Origin: Patescibacteria group bacterium
Lineage (GTDB): Bacteria > Patescibacteriota > Patescibacteriia > UBA11705 > DATKZF01
Length of the DNA: 64,000 nucleotides
Direction of reading: 5' to 3'
Assembly (NCBI GenBank): GCA_049319825.1
Contig: JBMORT010000006.1
Coordinates: 16,012 to 80,011 of the forward strand
Both the position numbers and the translations under genes were made by a program. Shown one piece after another: positions 31,101 to 37,810 of the stretch. The notes under the pieces are model-generated. The model saw only the letters and a list, made by a program, of their open reading frames with translations, was not told the DNA's origin and did no database searches. The number at the start of each line of letters is the position of its first letter. The stretch's first letter is position 1.

Positions 31101-31159
31101 CAGTATCAGCCGAGTCGCAGCCCGAACCGGAAATAGTTGCTGTCCCCGTCGGTGAATAA
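16133..31159 (+). CDS. Giant (5008 aa) modular surface adhesin / tail-fibre-like protein
   Basis: AGGAG SD + TTG; N-terminal TM/signal; many YadA-head-like NTAxGYxAL repeats; two peptidase G2-like domains; beta-propeller; coiled coil; LytR_C-like C-terminal domain. Confidence 0.85.
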   Translation: MKSRRISKHLMNSRNSNFHKTKKTRNRKLVVFLILAMIFNLSYFNISSKPAEAAASQFINYQGKLLDTSGIEVDNGQYHVRFKMYNAGTGGSLLWSESWDNTTTTATVDAGLFTLKLGEVNPFPATLDFQTESEYWLSVEIGGSGATPTWDGEMTPRKEITAVAYAMNADKLDGKSEEEFADLSEDETITGQYTHDVDVFDGAALTTIINASDDNSVDTFSSLQADAVQNSNDGDNLYGIYVTNLQGTASTGNEYAIYQAGTGWDYGLYVEDQAYLGQNLRFSSNFDVKNTIIASVNIMDVQSIGTNSMAFRVIPGTAPAYSALGETQASFFEFHRNSSGTDRMLLTAPTNATNGYQFVSYAALPATPGPFSFGFTTSLAAPPTKVMNIFNTGSVGINTFGPDAKLDVLATSGEQLRLTYTDGSVYTGFTVNSDGDLIVDATGSDIRLATGDNLWVASSADIVIGNTYLGESTAQIDSGAYNVGVYNGNLTYSTNTNVQQVLEDLDTAIGSAGSKWTDAGSYTYLTATTDNLVVGSNATADAELFMDVADKRLHIGSGYIDFDFTGSGNTAVGDDSLYSITNGTHNSSIGYQAMYYLTSGYDNTALGYQALRIDSSGTGGQSFGNTAIGSLALSSINTSAAVYNTAIGVSSLQNNTTGLANTAIGALALDSNVIGASNVALGYSTLQANVSGDYNVALGAEALDSLTSADANIAIGYKAMDSTTTGQYNVALGHQSLRANISADYSTALGYQALYSNTASNITAVGAQAMYSNGTGTENVAMGYQSLYSNDSGDQHTAIGYQSLYSLSANVDDNTAVGYRAMYSNLAGGQSTAIGSQALYNALAPGYSTAVGYQALYATTTGDYNIAVGNQSMVANTTGSDNVSIGVNALDSNTTGNYNIAIGRQSLQANISADYSTALGYQALYSNTASNITAVGAQAMYSNGTGTENVAMGYQSLYSNDSGDQHTAIGYQSLYSLSANVDDNTAVGYRAMYSNLAGGQSTAIGSQALYNALAPGYSTAVGYQALYATTTGDYNIAVGNQSMVANTTGSDNVSIGVNALDSNTTGNYNIAIGRQSLQANISADYSTALGYQALYSNTASNITAVGAQALYSNTSGTGNAALGYQSLYSNTSGNNNSAFGYQSLFSHASGNDGNTAMGYRSMYSMTAGALNTSIGTEALYSALSTSGNVAIGYRAGYFETGNNRLFIDNNSRSDEATGRVRSLIYGEFASATADQLLRINGLTQIQGHLIPYQDNFYNIGSADYRWNNLYVDDAYVLKGATNINLESSGTPTTSGAYAIGANDEFTYSDSTNVQDVLDDLDAALASAGSKWTDAGDFTHLTSTIDDVVIGASTTEDAVFWFDVTDNAEKFSIDASSDAHTTAALDIDFRGDANNLKVVDIYAGSASGLSANSFLFGQSITLGYNAGDAAGTYRIANNVDVNGTNATSDIIGYAFFDNTQTGQDGLSGVGSATGAYSLISHSGSGSLTGFQNYLWHTGSGSVTGFGGSTSSSGSGTVYAANPQVYGLSGFSGSLYGYRTSMTNSSGSTQNMLGFDINVTNNAGASADSLWGGKITVKASGTEDTAAYGLQVVSDTDLIDSLINLAVVNGGSAGYGFDMNGATIATADIRLSNGSTIDNLTSTVVAFSDGIRIGNTADTTAGNIRWSGADFEGYNGAGWQSLTSGGGSLWTDAGTYTYLTATQDDLLVGSSNNASRPLYFDVSNMSLEIGSGDTLNARLYMYSQDGDSGLIEYAASDRFEFYDQIWVQGYIDFDNASADTAVGYVALNSNTTGTDNSAFGYQALVSNTTGSYNTGIGASSLISNNTGLANTALGASSLFSNQGGSNNTAIGVSALYSNVSGASNVAIGSGALGASVGEDYNVAIGAAALANSSGGTANSVIGFQSLTNNIIGDYNSALGYRSLYNATGDYNVAIGSDSLFSNINGDSNIAIGSYAGYHETGSNTLYIDSIYRSNEADGQVKSLIYGEFASATADQLFRINGNMEVQGNLSPLADDVYNLGSADSRWANLYLGPASLYIGQNGNDYSISYNTGSSALVFNESGADRDIRIEGDTDTNLFFVNAGSDRIGIGLNNPAEKLEVSGAIKLGTTSNTNAGTIRWTGADFEGYDGAGWQSLTSGGGSLWTDVGDFTHLTSTIDDVVIGSDATEDAVFWFDVTDGAEKLTIDASSDAHSSAVAFDVNFRGSANNLKAVDIYAGSSAGLTGAYNNLMGQNITVGINAADQAGTMRIGSNVNIDGTNATADVVGYTFWDFVDTGQGGFTGVGSATGLYPIMNHTGSGSLYGVNNYLRHSGSGSLYVSAAQALGASGFTGSLYGNSLTMVNQAGSNAQNIMGFDLNVTNSSSATADSVIGGKITVDASGAEDIAAYGLQVVSKNALVDSFIYLASQTGGSAGYGLDMNGATIATADIRLSGGSTIDNSTSTIIAFSDGIRIGNTADTTAGNIRWSGADFEGYDGAGWQSLTSGGGSLWTDAGAFTYLTATTDDMVVGSAATSDAELWFNVSGKRLTIGSGYVDFDYGTGTDNVGIGSNTLTAITTGSYNIGIGTGALQAATDNNGLTAVGYQALYTNSSIGTNNTAVGYRALYLNNGGDFNTALGYEALDANVSGSNSVAIGYRALTNSTGSGNVAVGSEALLSAVGSTNIVAIGYGAVQDLTSNGEVVGVGYNSLANATGAGNTAIGYIAGQGNAASATGTANTAVGRGTLSSFSTGNNNVAVGYNALDQLSTGTYNIALGTNALGAAVTGSNNIAIGNSSSLLNTSGIDNIALGFFALSTNTAGQGNVGIGRNSLRNGTGSYNVALGYEAGYRETGSNTLYIDNQDRGNEASGEAESLIYGVFDNVVSSQLFRINAPTQVQGNLIPYHDNVYNLGSPSNRWNNIYTDRMIMSSNADLYFDGTDIFFRNFETNGDITLDATSTGTGNVIVVADNWAVNSSGNMSINGDMTVTGGDLNLSSDIRLHVSGDDLQIQNAATGGDIYLDPTYNGSSGFVFVSGDLMPVYDDTFDIGSPDLRWQDGYFSGQVYVGNTLEISDDGFYDTDSAIGFFPDGQLTRGLAITDDVTVGLAITTNASTNLTILPNNADLDVRPTANSTDFFQVQNAAGTAIFNVDSSNSRVGINTAAPDYALDVAGSVGMDDYIYHNGDSNTYLGFSADDTLVVYSYGVKLMEYYSSSALSNSVTGNPDNNRVNFVWDGDTNDSLFRIAALQEQIGIGATGGAASMDGKLVVYQTATADIFNLYDGSDNVFTVTDGGNVGIRQTSPASDFEILSDNSTTGATMQLRRNDGAVLDGDDLGYLYFSGLDSGDTLNATGAYIKAEATDTWGDASDPDDAPTAMHFYTQNDGTGNNMTFPMMTIYEDIGVGLLLNGNLPQATFHMETNKNGYGIRMEEYLGGGAGDYWEWGVNAAGDLNWNDNGTTRISYKNGGDVGIGTSGPGAKLEIYDNDDVGVALEVNSDESDTAAQNVFQIRTDYNAADDLVFVVDADGTVRNDNGTYTTGADYAEYFWTADMTLATADVVCIDPTHNNAVSKCSGANDANILGVVSTNPAFIGNAGSNWIFDGDPNYVIIGLVGQVPIRVSNENGPISVGDYLTSSSTPGVAMKADPGSPTVGIAIEPLTAGAGIIKVVISRNNGSNTFWAAGNNGIYQNNLPTIIGPDAAFSYVQSAAAGDLQIADDFEARGDGYVGANMIVGASTSAAETLANAGFAMNGNDLFVAGDAGIEGNIYTDGSFIAGPGTTTYSDGSITSTNTMTITSNTGDLTLDSGSGTLKLGAGTNAISNSDAGADLTLNSNGDINFFNSNNSIDSGGNLNLAGDINIGGSLVVNDMRLGDIDIANGAIASTGDLTIASGASQDLTLDSDSGTLKLGAGTNEISNTDASADLTIKSEGNINFFDANTFIDKDGNLTLAGQLQAAMDVIAQQNVIIKNQLEVDQIAADDRQEITVMDEMVFEQGLKVSAKTDTTVAGTQVNVAGFGNANNQTSRAAAVYNGKLYVGTYNTSNGAGLWAYDGSNWASVDTNGFGNANNTSINSMIAYGGGLIVGTRNTNKAEVWICDDTDTCSQQNLGATFDGNNDAAQAMTVYNGKLFMGTDNAIDNSEIWQFIDTNNWLMADNTNGFLSTYQNDALTALLSIGSQLNNEGLLAGTKNNSGAQIWRRGSNFTWTRIDNSSFGDINNVEVMAMTAYNGQVFAATKNSSGCRVYKQREESTSWDAAGSAGLINSAYTECRSIVVYNGDLYALLGKTSGAGMAVAKYNAMANSWSAVYTNASDLAGYWLQTFGEKLYFAAESSGQVKVFEYNENKNLSQSIEFMANGETAALYFKSDAAGDANIGQQSAGAFIMTHTLITNSGAYDLAEDWPTEDPGIEAGDVVAVDPFNKAHVIKGSKDNSAVGIISTEPGYILSQKADGRIYRPVALAGRVPVKISNENGPVKAGDLLTPASIPGYAMKLIGSGPVIGKALEDYDFSAAGDSYEVSQELQSAAQQFDEIAENTMKLVENTEEVVSSLNQTKQELLSIENNQELTAQEKDQLINELSGEIENVAVALEIDDQAITDISDSADIVDVQNQIIEKAQELENQAMQAEIAKSQLIQPMAKDPGKGRIMALVMNSYYFESTDGQTAGQLAAGSAAIDPQSVASVDFAEILTVAGDGAIELASSVRIYGDLYVNGNLVVTGDIDLAGNLKIGDKIYISNQMSGTALIASADATAVEVKFDTPYEEIPRITVTPELLGLTADENIFDVWDGRYIITDKSTEGFTINIANALCVSAGASADVVGCQHHLRFDWVAFGVVSDEESLAQMVEMTAKPASTDKEPPSIDPAVKVIIRNGANLDTTDIGNSLIGLGYAVYKGADTISYYSTSRILVLNSQLSPSVLNEIRFLIGGEIEYASAAGEYGDSDVVIFLGEDLTKDVFTYDQQKLLDSNITDEIPPLPAPIAETASSDDTLSEQANNDQPILSAADGAVEDEETPINVDGQISDSTVSAESQPEPEIVAVPVGE
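18359..19458 (+). repeat. Perfect 510-bp (170 aa) tandem duplication inside the giant gene
   Basis: CGACTATTCTACAGCACTGG at 18361, 18871 and 19381; the units appear identical. Confidence 0.92.
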
Positions 31160-31214
31160 CTGGTTTGCATGGAAATATTTTATCAGTTAAAATGGTATTA
31201 CTTAAAAATAAAAT

Positions 31215-31661
31215 ATGAATATTATGCCACAAAAAGAAATGGGCTCCATGCCGAAGAAATCAAATTCCAAGGTAATAATGATTTTGATTTTGGTGGTATT
31301 GATTATCGCGGCCGGAGCATTGTATTTTTTCGTTTATCGAAAAGGAATCAACAAATCGGACTATCAAGCGATTTTCTTATCGAACGGCCAAGTTTATTTC
31401 GGCAAAGTGACCAACAAAAACGCCGGCTATGTCGTGATGAAAGACATTTATTATTTGCAGCTCAAACAGCCATTGCAGGAGCAAACCGAACAGCAGCAGA
31501 ATTCACCCGATTTGATATTGATTAAGCTGGGCAATGAACTTCACGGACCAATGGATCGCATGGAAATCAATAGGAATCATGTGCTGTTCATTGAAGATTT
31601 GAAAGATGATTCAAAAGTGGTAACGGCCATAATGGAATACAAGGCCAGCGAACAGCAATAA
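31215..31661 (+). CDS. Membrane-anchored hypothetical protein
   Basis: Single TM helix; YQAIFLSNGQVYFGK and LIKLGNELHGP motifs recalled from CPR conserved hypotheticals. Confidence 0.75.
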   Translation: MNIMPQKEMGSMPKKSNSKVIMILILVVLIIAAGALYFFVYRKGINKSDYQAIFLSNGQVYFGKVTNKNAGYVVMKDIYYLQLKQPLQEQTEQQQNSPDLILIKLGNELHGPMDRMEINRNHVLFIEDLKDDSKVVTAIMEYKASEQQ

Positions 31662-31701
31662 TCACCGCGCATAAATAAATTCGGGAACCCCTCAAAATAG
31701 T

Positions 31702-33231
31702 ATGAGGGGTTTTATTTTAAAACAATTTACCAAAAGCAAAATATTTTATGCGGCGATTACCGCCTTTATTTTCGGTGTCGGTTTAGCCAGTTTGAATGCG
31801 CGAATAATATTTTTTTGTTTTTTAGCATTAGTGTCATTATTTTTTATTATTTTCAAACCACGCGTCTTATTTTTAATAATGATATTAGGGCTGGCCGGGG
31901 GATATTACTGGCTGAATCATTCTGTCCCCGAAAATATCGCGGAGAATATAAATTTTTATAATGAGCAAAATGTTATTTTCGAAGGGATCATTTCCGAAGA
32001 GGTCGACTTAAGGTCTGATCATCAGAAGTTAACTATCGAAGTTCAAAAAGTTGCCAGCCGGGGAGTTAGCGGCAGAGTTTTAGTTAAAATCGAGCTTTTC
32101 CCGTCATATGAATACGGGCAAAAGTTGCGTGTTGAATGCTTTTTGCGCCAGCCGGGCAAGATAGAAGATTTTGATTATGGCCGATATCTGTCAAGATATG
32201 ATATTTATTCCACCTGCTATAATCCTGACATTGAAATTTTGGCAAGCAATCAAGGCAATTTGATCAAAAATTCTTTATTGAAAATAAAAAAATTTTGTTT
32301 GGGAAAAATCAATAAAATTTTGCCAGAGCCTCACGCGTCCTTTATGGCCGGCTTATTGCTTGGCGTTAGAAAAGGCATTCCTCCCGATATCATGGAAGCG
32401 TTTAACCGAACAGGCGTGACTCACATTATCGCTGTTTCAGGATATAATATTACGATTATCGCTGTCGCTTTGATGAACTTATTAAAATCGCTGTCCAGCA
32501 GCAGAAAAAAGTCAGTTTATTTCGCCTGCACTGGAATAATAATTTTTGTATTTTTATGCGGCGCGTCAGCAGCGGTTCTTCGCGCCGCTGTTATGGGCAT
32601 TGTCGCCTTGCTGGCCAAGCAGGCGGGCAGAAAAACCAATGTGATTTATATTCTGATCCTGACAATATTTATAATGCTGTTGATGAACCCAAGGATATTG
32701 ATTTTTGACGTTGGATTTCAGCTGTCTTTTTTGGCCACTGCCGGGTTGATTTATCTATCAAAGCCGATTGAGAAGTTTTTAAAATTTTTACCAACTTTTT
32801 TCGGCCTGCGCGAGAATTTTTCGACAACCATGGCCGCCATTATTTCAACAACGCCTTTAATAATGTATAATTTTGGTAGGATATCGCTAATCGCGCCTTT
32901 GGCAAATATAATGATTTTATCCGTAATTCCGATCGCCATGTTCTGGGGCTTTGCCGGGCTGGTGTTATCTCTAATTTCCGTCACGGCGGCTCAAATTTTC
33001 AGCTGGCTGACGTGGCTGATACTGGAGTATATTATTAGAGTGATCGAGGCGCTGTCAAATTTGAGCTGGGCGGCGCTAGATGTTGAATTTGGGTTGGTTT
33101 CAGTCGCGGTAACATATTGTGCGGTATTCACAGTTATTTATCTAATCACGAGAAAGGCGCGAGGACGATGCGCCCTTTTGAGTCGAGATCAGTCAGCGCG
33201 CGCAAGCTTTTCATCCGGTGCAACCATATGA
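31702..33231 (+). CDS. comEC: ComEC/Rec2 competence membrane domain protein
   Basis: TGVTHIIAVSGYN, RAAVM, GFQLSFLAT motifs; multiple TM helices. Confidence 0.92.
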   Translation: MRGFILKQFTKSKIFYAAITAFIFGVGLASLNARIIFFCFLALVSLFFIIFKPRVLFLIMILGLAGGYYWLNHSVPENIAENINFYNEQNVIFEGIISEEVDLRSDHQKLTIEVQKVASRGVSGRVLVKIELFPSYEYGQKLRVECFLRQPGKIEDFDYGRYLSRYDIYSTCYNPDIEILASNQGNLIKNSLLKIKKFCLGKINKILPEPHASFMAGLLLGVRKGIPPDIMEAFNRTGVTHIIAVSGYNITIIAVALMNLLKSLSSSRKKSVYFACTGIIIFVFLCGASAAVLRAAVMGIVALLAKQAGRKTNVIYILILTIFIMLLMNPRILIFDVGFQLSFLATAGLIYLSKPIEKFLKFLPTFFGLRENFSTTMAAIISTTPLIMYNFGRISLIAPLANIMILSVIPIAMFWGFAGLVLSLISVTAAQIFSWLTWLILEYIIRVIEALSNLSWAALDVEFGLVSVAVTYCAVFTVIYLITRKARGRCALLSRDQSARASFSSGATI

Positions 33232-34130
33232 CAGATAAAAAATTATTTAAAATCATATCGAGCATTTTGGCCGCGGTCATCGTGTTAATCGGAATTGTGG
33301 TCAATCAAGAATTATCCGGAATAAATTTGGGCCATCAGGCGTCAATCCCCGCGGAGCAAAGATTGGAAATCGATTTTTTAAATATCGGACAAGGTGATTC
33401 GATATTGATTAAAACCCCGCATAATCAGAAAATATTGATTGATGGCGGTCCGGACATGTCCATTCTCGATCAGCTTGGTAAAAACATGGTTTTCTTTGAT
33501 AAAAATATTGACGTGATGATATTAACGCATCCGCATGCCGATCATGTCAGCGGATTGGTTGAAGTTCTCAAACGTTATGATGTGGGCAGAATATATTATA
33601 CCGGCGTGGCGCATACTTCGCCGGCGTTCTTGGAGTGGCTCGACGCGATCAAGCAAAGCGGCGCACCGCTGCATATTGTCAGCGGGCAAAAGTCGCTGGA
33701 ATTCGCAGACGGCGTCAATTTGGAATTTATTTATCCCCTTGAAGACATTGCCGAAAAGCAGTTTGACGAGCTGAATAACAGCTCGATCGTCTGCAAAGTC
33801 ACTTATAAAAATAAAAAGTTTTTATTCGTGGGCGATGCCGAGGCCGCGGTCGAGAAGGCGCTGATCGATTCGGCGGTTGACCTGCGCTCGGACGTGCTTA
33901 AGGTCGGGCACCACGGCAGTGCCACCTCGTCGACCGAGGAATTTTTGACAGCGGTGGATCCGGAGTACGCGGTCGTTCAGGTCGGCCAGGACAATGAATT
34001 CGGCCATCCTAGTTTAACAGTCATTCGGCGGCTGGAAAGACTGGGCATAGAAATATTCAGCAATGATTTGAATGGTCAGGTTTCGGTGTTTTCGGATGGA
34101 GATAATATTGAAATCGTTACGGAAAAATGA
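33228..34130 (+). CDS. ComEC-associated metallo-beta-lactamase domain protein
   Basis: IGQGDS, IDGG, THPHADH, LKVGHHGS; ATGA overlap with the comEC stop. Confidence 0.9.
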   Translation: MTDKKLFKIISSILAAVIVLIGIVVNQELSGINLGHQASIPAEQRLEIDFLNIGQGDSILIKTPHNQKILIDGGPDMSILDQLGKNMVFFDKNIDVMILTHPHADHVSGLVEVLKRYDVGRIYYTGVAHTSPAFLEWLDAIKQSGAPLHIVSGQKSLEFADGVNLEFIYPLEDIAEKQFDELNNSSIVCKVTYKNKKFLFVGDAEAAVEKALIDSAVDLRSDVLKVGHHGSATSSTEEFLTAVDPEYAVVQVGQDNEFGHPSLTVIRRLERLGIEIFSNDLNGQVSVFSDGDNIEIVTEK

Positions 34131-34163
34131 GGTGGGATTTCCGGTGTGCCATTTCCCAATGGA

Positions 34164-34193
34164 CGTAGGAACACAAAATTTTGTGTTCCTACG
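34164..34193. repeat. GTAG-type REP-like perfect palindrome
   Basis: CGTAGGAACACAAAATTTTGTGTTCCTACG. Confidence 0.7.
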
Positions 34194-34273
34194 CTCAGGA
34201 AATCCCCTGTCATTTACAAAATCATTTTTTTTCGTTATAATATTTATGATTTTATCAATAAATTTGAAATTTT

Positions 34274-34849
34274 ATGACAGAAAGATCCCTAGTATTAATC
34301 AAACCTGACGGCGTCGAGCGCGCGTTAATTGGTGAAATATTGTCCAGATTCGAGCGTTGCGGACTTAAAGTCATCGGTTTGAAAATGGTGCGGGCAACCA
34401 AAGAGTTGGCCGGAGAACATTATGCCGACGATAAGGACTGGTTAACCAGTGTGGGCGAAAAAGCATTGGCATCCGCGGAAAAAAGGGGAGAAAAATTATC
34501 TGAAACTGCGATGGAAATCGGCCAGCGGGTCAGAAATCAATTGATGGATTACATTGTCATGGCTCCGGTGGTCGCGATGTGCATCGAAGGCCACAATGCG
34601 GTGGCCAAGATCAGAAAGCTGGTCGGCGGCACCAATCCTCAGGATGACGAGCCGGGCACGATTCGCGGAGATTATTCCATAGATTCTTATGTTTTGTCCG
34701 ATAATTCCGGAAGGCCGATTCAGAATTTAATTCATGCGTCAGGAGCGGTTGATGAAGCTCAAAGAGAGATTAAGATATGGTTCGCGGAGAAAGAATTGTT
34801 TGATTGGCGGCGAGTTGACGAAGATTTGATTTATCGAAATGTCCAATAA
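34274..34849 (+). CDS. ndk: Nucleoside diphosphate kinase
   Basis: IKPDGV, PGTIRGDY, NLIHAS. Confidence 0.95.
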   Translation: MTERSLVLIKPDGVERALIGEILSRFERCGLKVIGLKMVRATKELAGEHYADDKDWLTSVGEKALASAEKRGEKLSETAMEIGQRVRNQLMDYIVMAPVVAMCIEGHNAVAKIRKLVGGTNPQDDEPGTIRGDYSIDSYVLSDNSGRPIQNLIHASGAVDEAQREIKIWFAEKELFDWRRVDEDLIYRNVQ

Positions 34850-34929
34850 ATTATAAAAAATGGGAAAATCGAGAAATTCCCGTTTTTTTATTATATAATG
34901 ATAGTAGGGAGAGGGAATTAGTCCACGGC

Positions 34930-34958
34930 TTGACACAAGCCTTTATTTGGGCTATAAT
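34930..34958 (+). promoter_or_regulatory. Consensus sigma70 promoter
   Basis: TTGACA-17-TATAAT. Confidence 0.75.
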
Positions 34959-35002
34959 TCAAGGTTATTTGACAACAACCCCGAATTCAAAAGGAGTGGC
35001 CG

Positions 35003-36100
35003 ATGAATATCAATCGCGTGATTTGGTTGTGCGGCCTGCTGATTGGCTGCGGCACAAAGGCTGATGACATTTCACTGGTTTCCCATGATATTGACGCATC
35101 CACGGCGGCACCGGATATGCTGGAGACAGCTATTCCCGAAACCGATGCCGCAGCGGGCGATGATTCAAACATTGATGAGGCTTTTGATGATGTTGACTCC
35201 GGCGCCTACTCCGACGACGATTCGTCGGGCATCGAATCCGACGGAATTGATATTGAGCCGTCCCTGGACAGTCATGTTGATTTGAGCACCGACTCGTCTG
35301 TCGGCGATTATGACATTGACGGTGACGCGCCGATTACCGAAGTCGAGGTCCATGTCAATACGTGGCCGGATGGCGCAGATGTCTTCATCGACGGATCGCC
35401 TGCCGGCATGACACCGCTTGACGTTACTCTGTCGTTTGGCCTATATCAGTTTCGCTTTGAAAAGGAGAATTATTTTCCGGTATCCTCGATTTACGAGGTG
35501 ACACATTCTACGGTTGAGATCGTAGAAATACTGCAAGCGTTGCCCAAAATTCAGGTTACCTTTACCTCGGGCATTCCACAGGAGCCGGAAATCGAGGTGC
35601 ATATCGACAGCTGGACGAATGAATCGTTTTTTACTCCATTCACTTTCGAATTCGAAGCGAATTCGAACCACATGATTTTTTGCGAAAAAGACGGTTATGG
35701 CGATAAAAGCTTTGCGGTCAATGTCGGGGAAGAAGATTTCGACTTCGAGCCGATCGTCTTGGTCCCGCTGAGCTACGAAGATTACTGCGGCTGGATCAGC
35801 GGTGAGGCGGAATTCGTCGAAGGTACCGTGCCGCCGACACCGAATGTCAACCTCGAAGTTGATATCTACAATGACCATTGCGATGTCTGGGGGCTGACAC
35901 CTCCGAGTCCGGCGGGTGTCGCCCTGTACGGTGAATATGAGTCTCAGGTTTTTCAGCAGCTGCGCATCAGCTGCCCGAGTGATCAACTGTGCAAGTTCAT
36001 CCAGTGCTGGGCCATTCCCGATGTCCGGATTTTGGATTGTACCTATCGGGACGCCGAAAACGTCCAGCAATCCATTGTTTGGCACGTGATCGATCCTTAG
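35003..36100 (+). CDS. PEGA-domain putative lipoprotein with acidic linker
   Basis: Lipobox-like LLIGC; TWPDGADVFIDG..GMTPL..G.Y.FRFEKENY PEGA pattern; AAGGAG SD. Confidence 0.7.
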   Translation: MNINRVIWLCGLLIGCGTKADDISLVSHDIDASTAAPDMLETAIPETDAAAGDDSNIDEAFDDVDSGAYSDDDSSGIESDGIDIEPSLDSHVDLSTDSSVGDYDIDGDAPITEVEVHVNTWPDGADVFIDGSPAGMTPLDVTLSFGLYQFRFEKENYFPVSSIYEVTHSTVEIVEILQALPKIQVTFTSGIPQEPEIEVHIDSWTNESFFTPFTFEFEANSNHMIFCEKDGYGDKSFAVNVGEEDFDFEPIVLVPLSYEDYCGWISGEAEFVEGTVPPTPNVNLEVDIYNDHCDVWGLTPPSPAGVALYGEYESQVFQQLRISCPSDQLCKFIQCWAIPDVRILDCTYRDAENVQQSIVWHVIDP

Positions 36101-36183
36101 TTCAATACTAAGGATTTTTTATTTGCAATTATTCTATTTTTTTGTAATATTGAAATTAGGAGACTTCATCAAGGAGCAAATAA

Positions 36184-36840
36184 ATGAAGACGACCGTTGG
36201 CGCTCTAATCGGCTTAATGATTGTGGGGAGCTGTTCGGTGAACAGCAACAAGCGACCGCGGGTCGATGTGGTGTCTGTCAATTCCGAATACGACGCATTT
36301 AGCGATTGGGCTCTTGCCAATGCATCTACACCGGCAGCGGCCGATGCTAATACGACATCGGGTGAACACGACAGTTGTACTGAAAATGAGTCCGAATCGG
36401 TTGAGATCTTCATTGAATCCGCGCATGAGTACATCGATGTCAGCGTGGATGGCGTTCGGTTCGGAGTTATTGCCGCCGGATCTTCAATCATGGTCAGCTT
36501 AGGCGCTCATCAATTCGATTTCAGGCAGGAAATTTGCTATCCGCGGCGTCTGGAGGTTTGCGTCGATACCGCTGGTCAGCGGATATTCGCGGAGCTGGAA
36601 AAAATTCCGGAACTGAACGTTCGAGTGCTCAGCCGGCCATCGGGAATCGAGGTTTGCTTCAGCACGGATCAGTGTCAGGAATACACGCCGATCGAAAAGA
36701 CGATCTGGGCCGGCAATTATGATGTTTTTGCCATTTATAATGGCGAAATCCGCTCGAAAACGCTGGAAATAAACGGTCGTGACGGAGACGAAATAGAATT
36801 GTTCATTGATTTTGACGATATGCAAACCTTCAGTCATTGA
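36184..36840 (+). CDS. PEGA-like putative lipoprotein
   Basis: IVGSC lipobox-like; degenerate PEGA repeats; AAGGAG SD. Confidence 0.55.
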   Translation: MKTTVGALIGLMIVGSCSVNSNKRPRVDVVSVNSEYDAFSDWALANASTPAAADANTTSGEHDSCTENESESVEIFIESAHEYIDVSVDGVRFGVIAAGSSIMVSLGAHQFDFRQEICYPRRLEVCVDTAGQRIFAELEKIPELNVRVLSRPSGIEVCFSTDQCQEYTPIEKTIWAGNYDVFAIYNGEIRSKTLEINGRDGDEIELFIDFDDMQTFSH

Positions 36841-36919
36841 ACTGGGGGTTTTTAAAATCGCCTTGACATCGTCCGATATATTTTTTACAATATGAAAATG
36901 CTTTTATCGGAGGGGGGGC

Positions 36920-37738
36920 ATGATCATTCAGCAAGCGTTGTTTGAAGAGATGGCTGTCGATTTTTTGATGATGTTGATGCTTGGCGGGGAATTCGAGAAA
37001 ATGCGTCCCGAAGAAATCAATGATTTGCTTAACAGAATCAGAAAAGATATCGACCTGCAGCTGGCCGTGTGGATTTCGAGCGACAAACCCTGCGACAAAG
37101 CCACTGAACTGAGCTGTGACGCTTCAAAACAAGATTGCGTGGCCGGTCATTGTCCATTTAAAATTTTTGGTGAAGAATACGCGGCCGTTTTCTCCACGAA
37201 GCTTAATAGATTGATTCATCGGCTGCGAAAGAAATATTTGTTTGAGTGGAATCTGATTCGAAAAAAGTCGGATGAAACCAAGAATGATAATTGGACCAGC
37301 CAGGATTGGTGGTTTGATTTTTTCGAGGATCACAAAAAAGAATTGGCGGTCAAATTGGATCGAAAGGCGGTCACCGGCGTACTTTCGCAGTCTTTCTCTG
37401 TCTTTTCCGCCGATCAAGACCGATCGGTTTTTTGGCGGATAAAAACCAGAAAGCGCCGAGACGGCCAAGTGGTCTTTAATGTTTCGTTCACCAATGATTT
37501 TTTGCAAAAATGGCCGGCATCGATTCAGGATGAATTGCTGGCGCTGAGTTCTCCGATGCGCCCGGCCGTTGAAATTATTCCCCTGATCCGGCATTGTGCG
37601 CACTGGCTGGCAACTGAAATGAAAATTAGGGATCGAGCGATCAAAAAGCGGCTTCGGCAGAAAAAAAAGCGCGAAAAACGGGCTAGTCTGATGAAAAAAC
37701 TCAAGCCGCGTTCGGTCGCGCGCCGCCAGAGAAAATAA
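36920..37738 (+). CDS. Hypothetical protein with basic C-terminal tail
   Basis: 272-aa ORF; GGAGG SD; TTGACA-17-TACAAT promoter at 36863-36891. Confidence 0.7.
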   Translation: MIIQQALFEEMAVDFLMMLMLGGEFEKMRPEEINDLLNRIRKDIDLQLAVWISSDKPCDKATELSCDASKQDCVAGHCPFKIFGEEYAAVFSTKLNRLIHRLRKKYLFEWNLIRKKSDETKNDNWTSQDWWFDFFEDHKKELAVKLDRKAVTGVLSQSFSVFSADQDRSVFWRIKTRKRRDGQVVFNVSFTNDFLQKWPASIQDELLALSSPMRPAVEIIPLIRHCAHWLATEMKIRDRAIKKRLRQKKKREKRASLMKKLKPRSVARRQRK

Positions 37739-37810
37739 TAAAATCCAATACATGATTGGATTTTTTTAATAAAATTTATTTTACCAGGTTCATTGCGCAA
37801 TTTAGAATAA

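Noticed and set aside
16133-31159. Prophage tail region or DGR target
   Set aside because: No capsid, terminase, integrase or reverse transcriptase genes, and the repeats do not show adenine-specific variation
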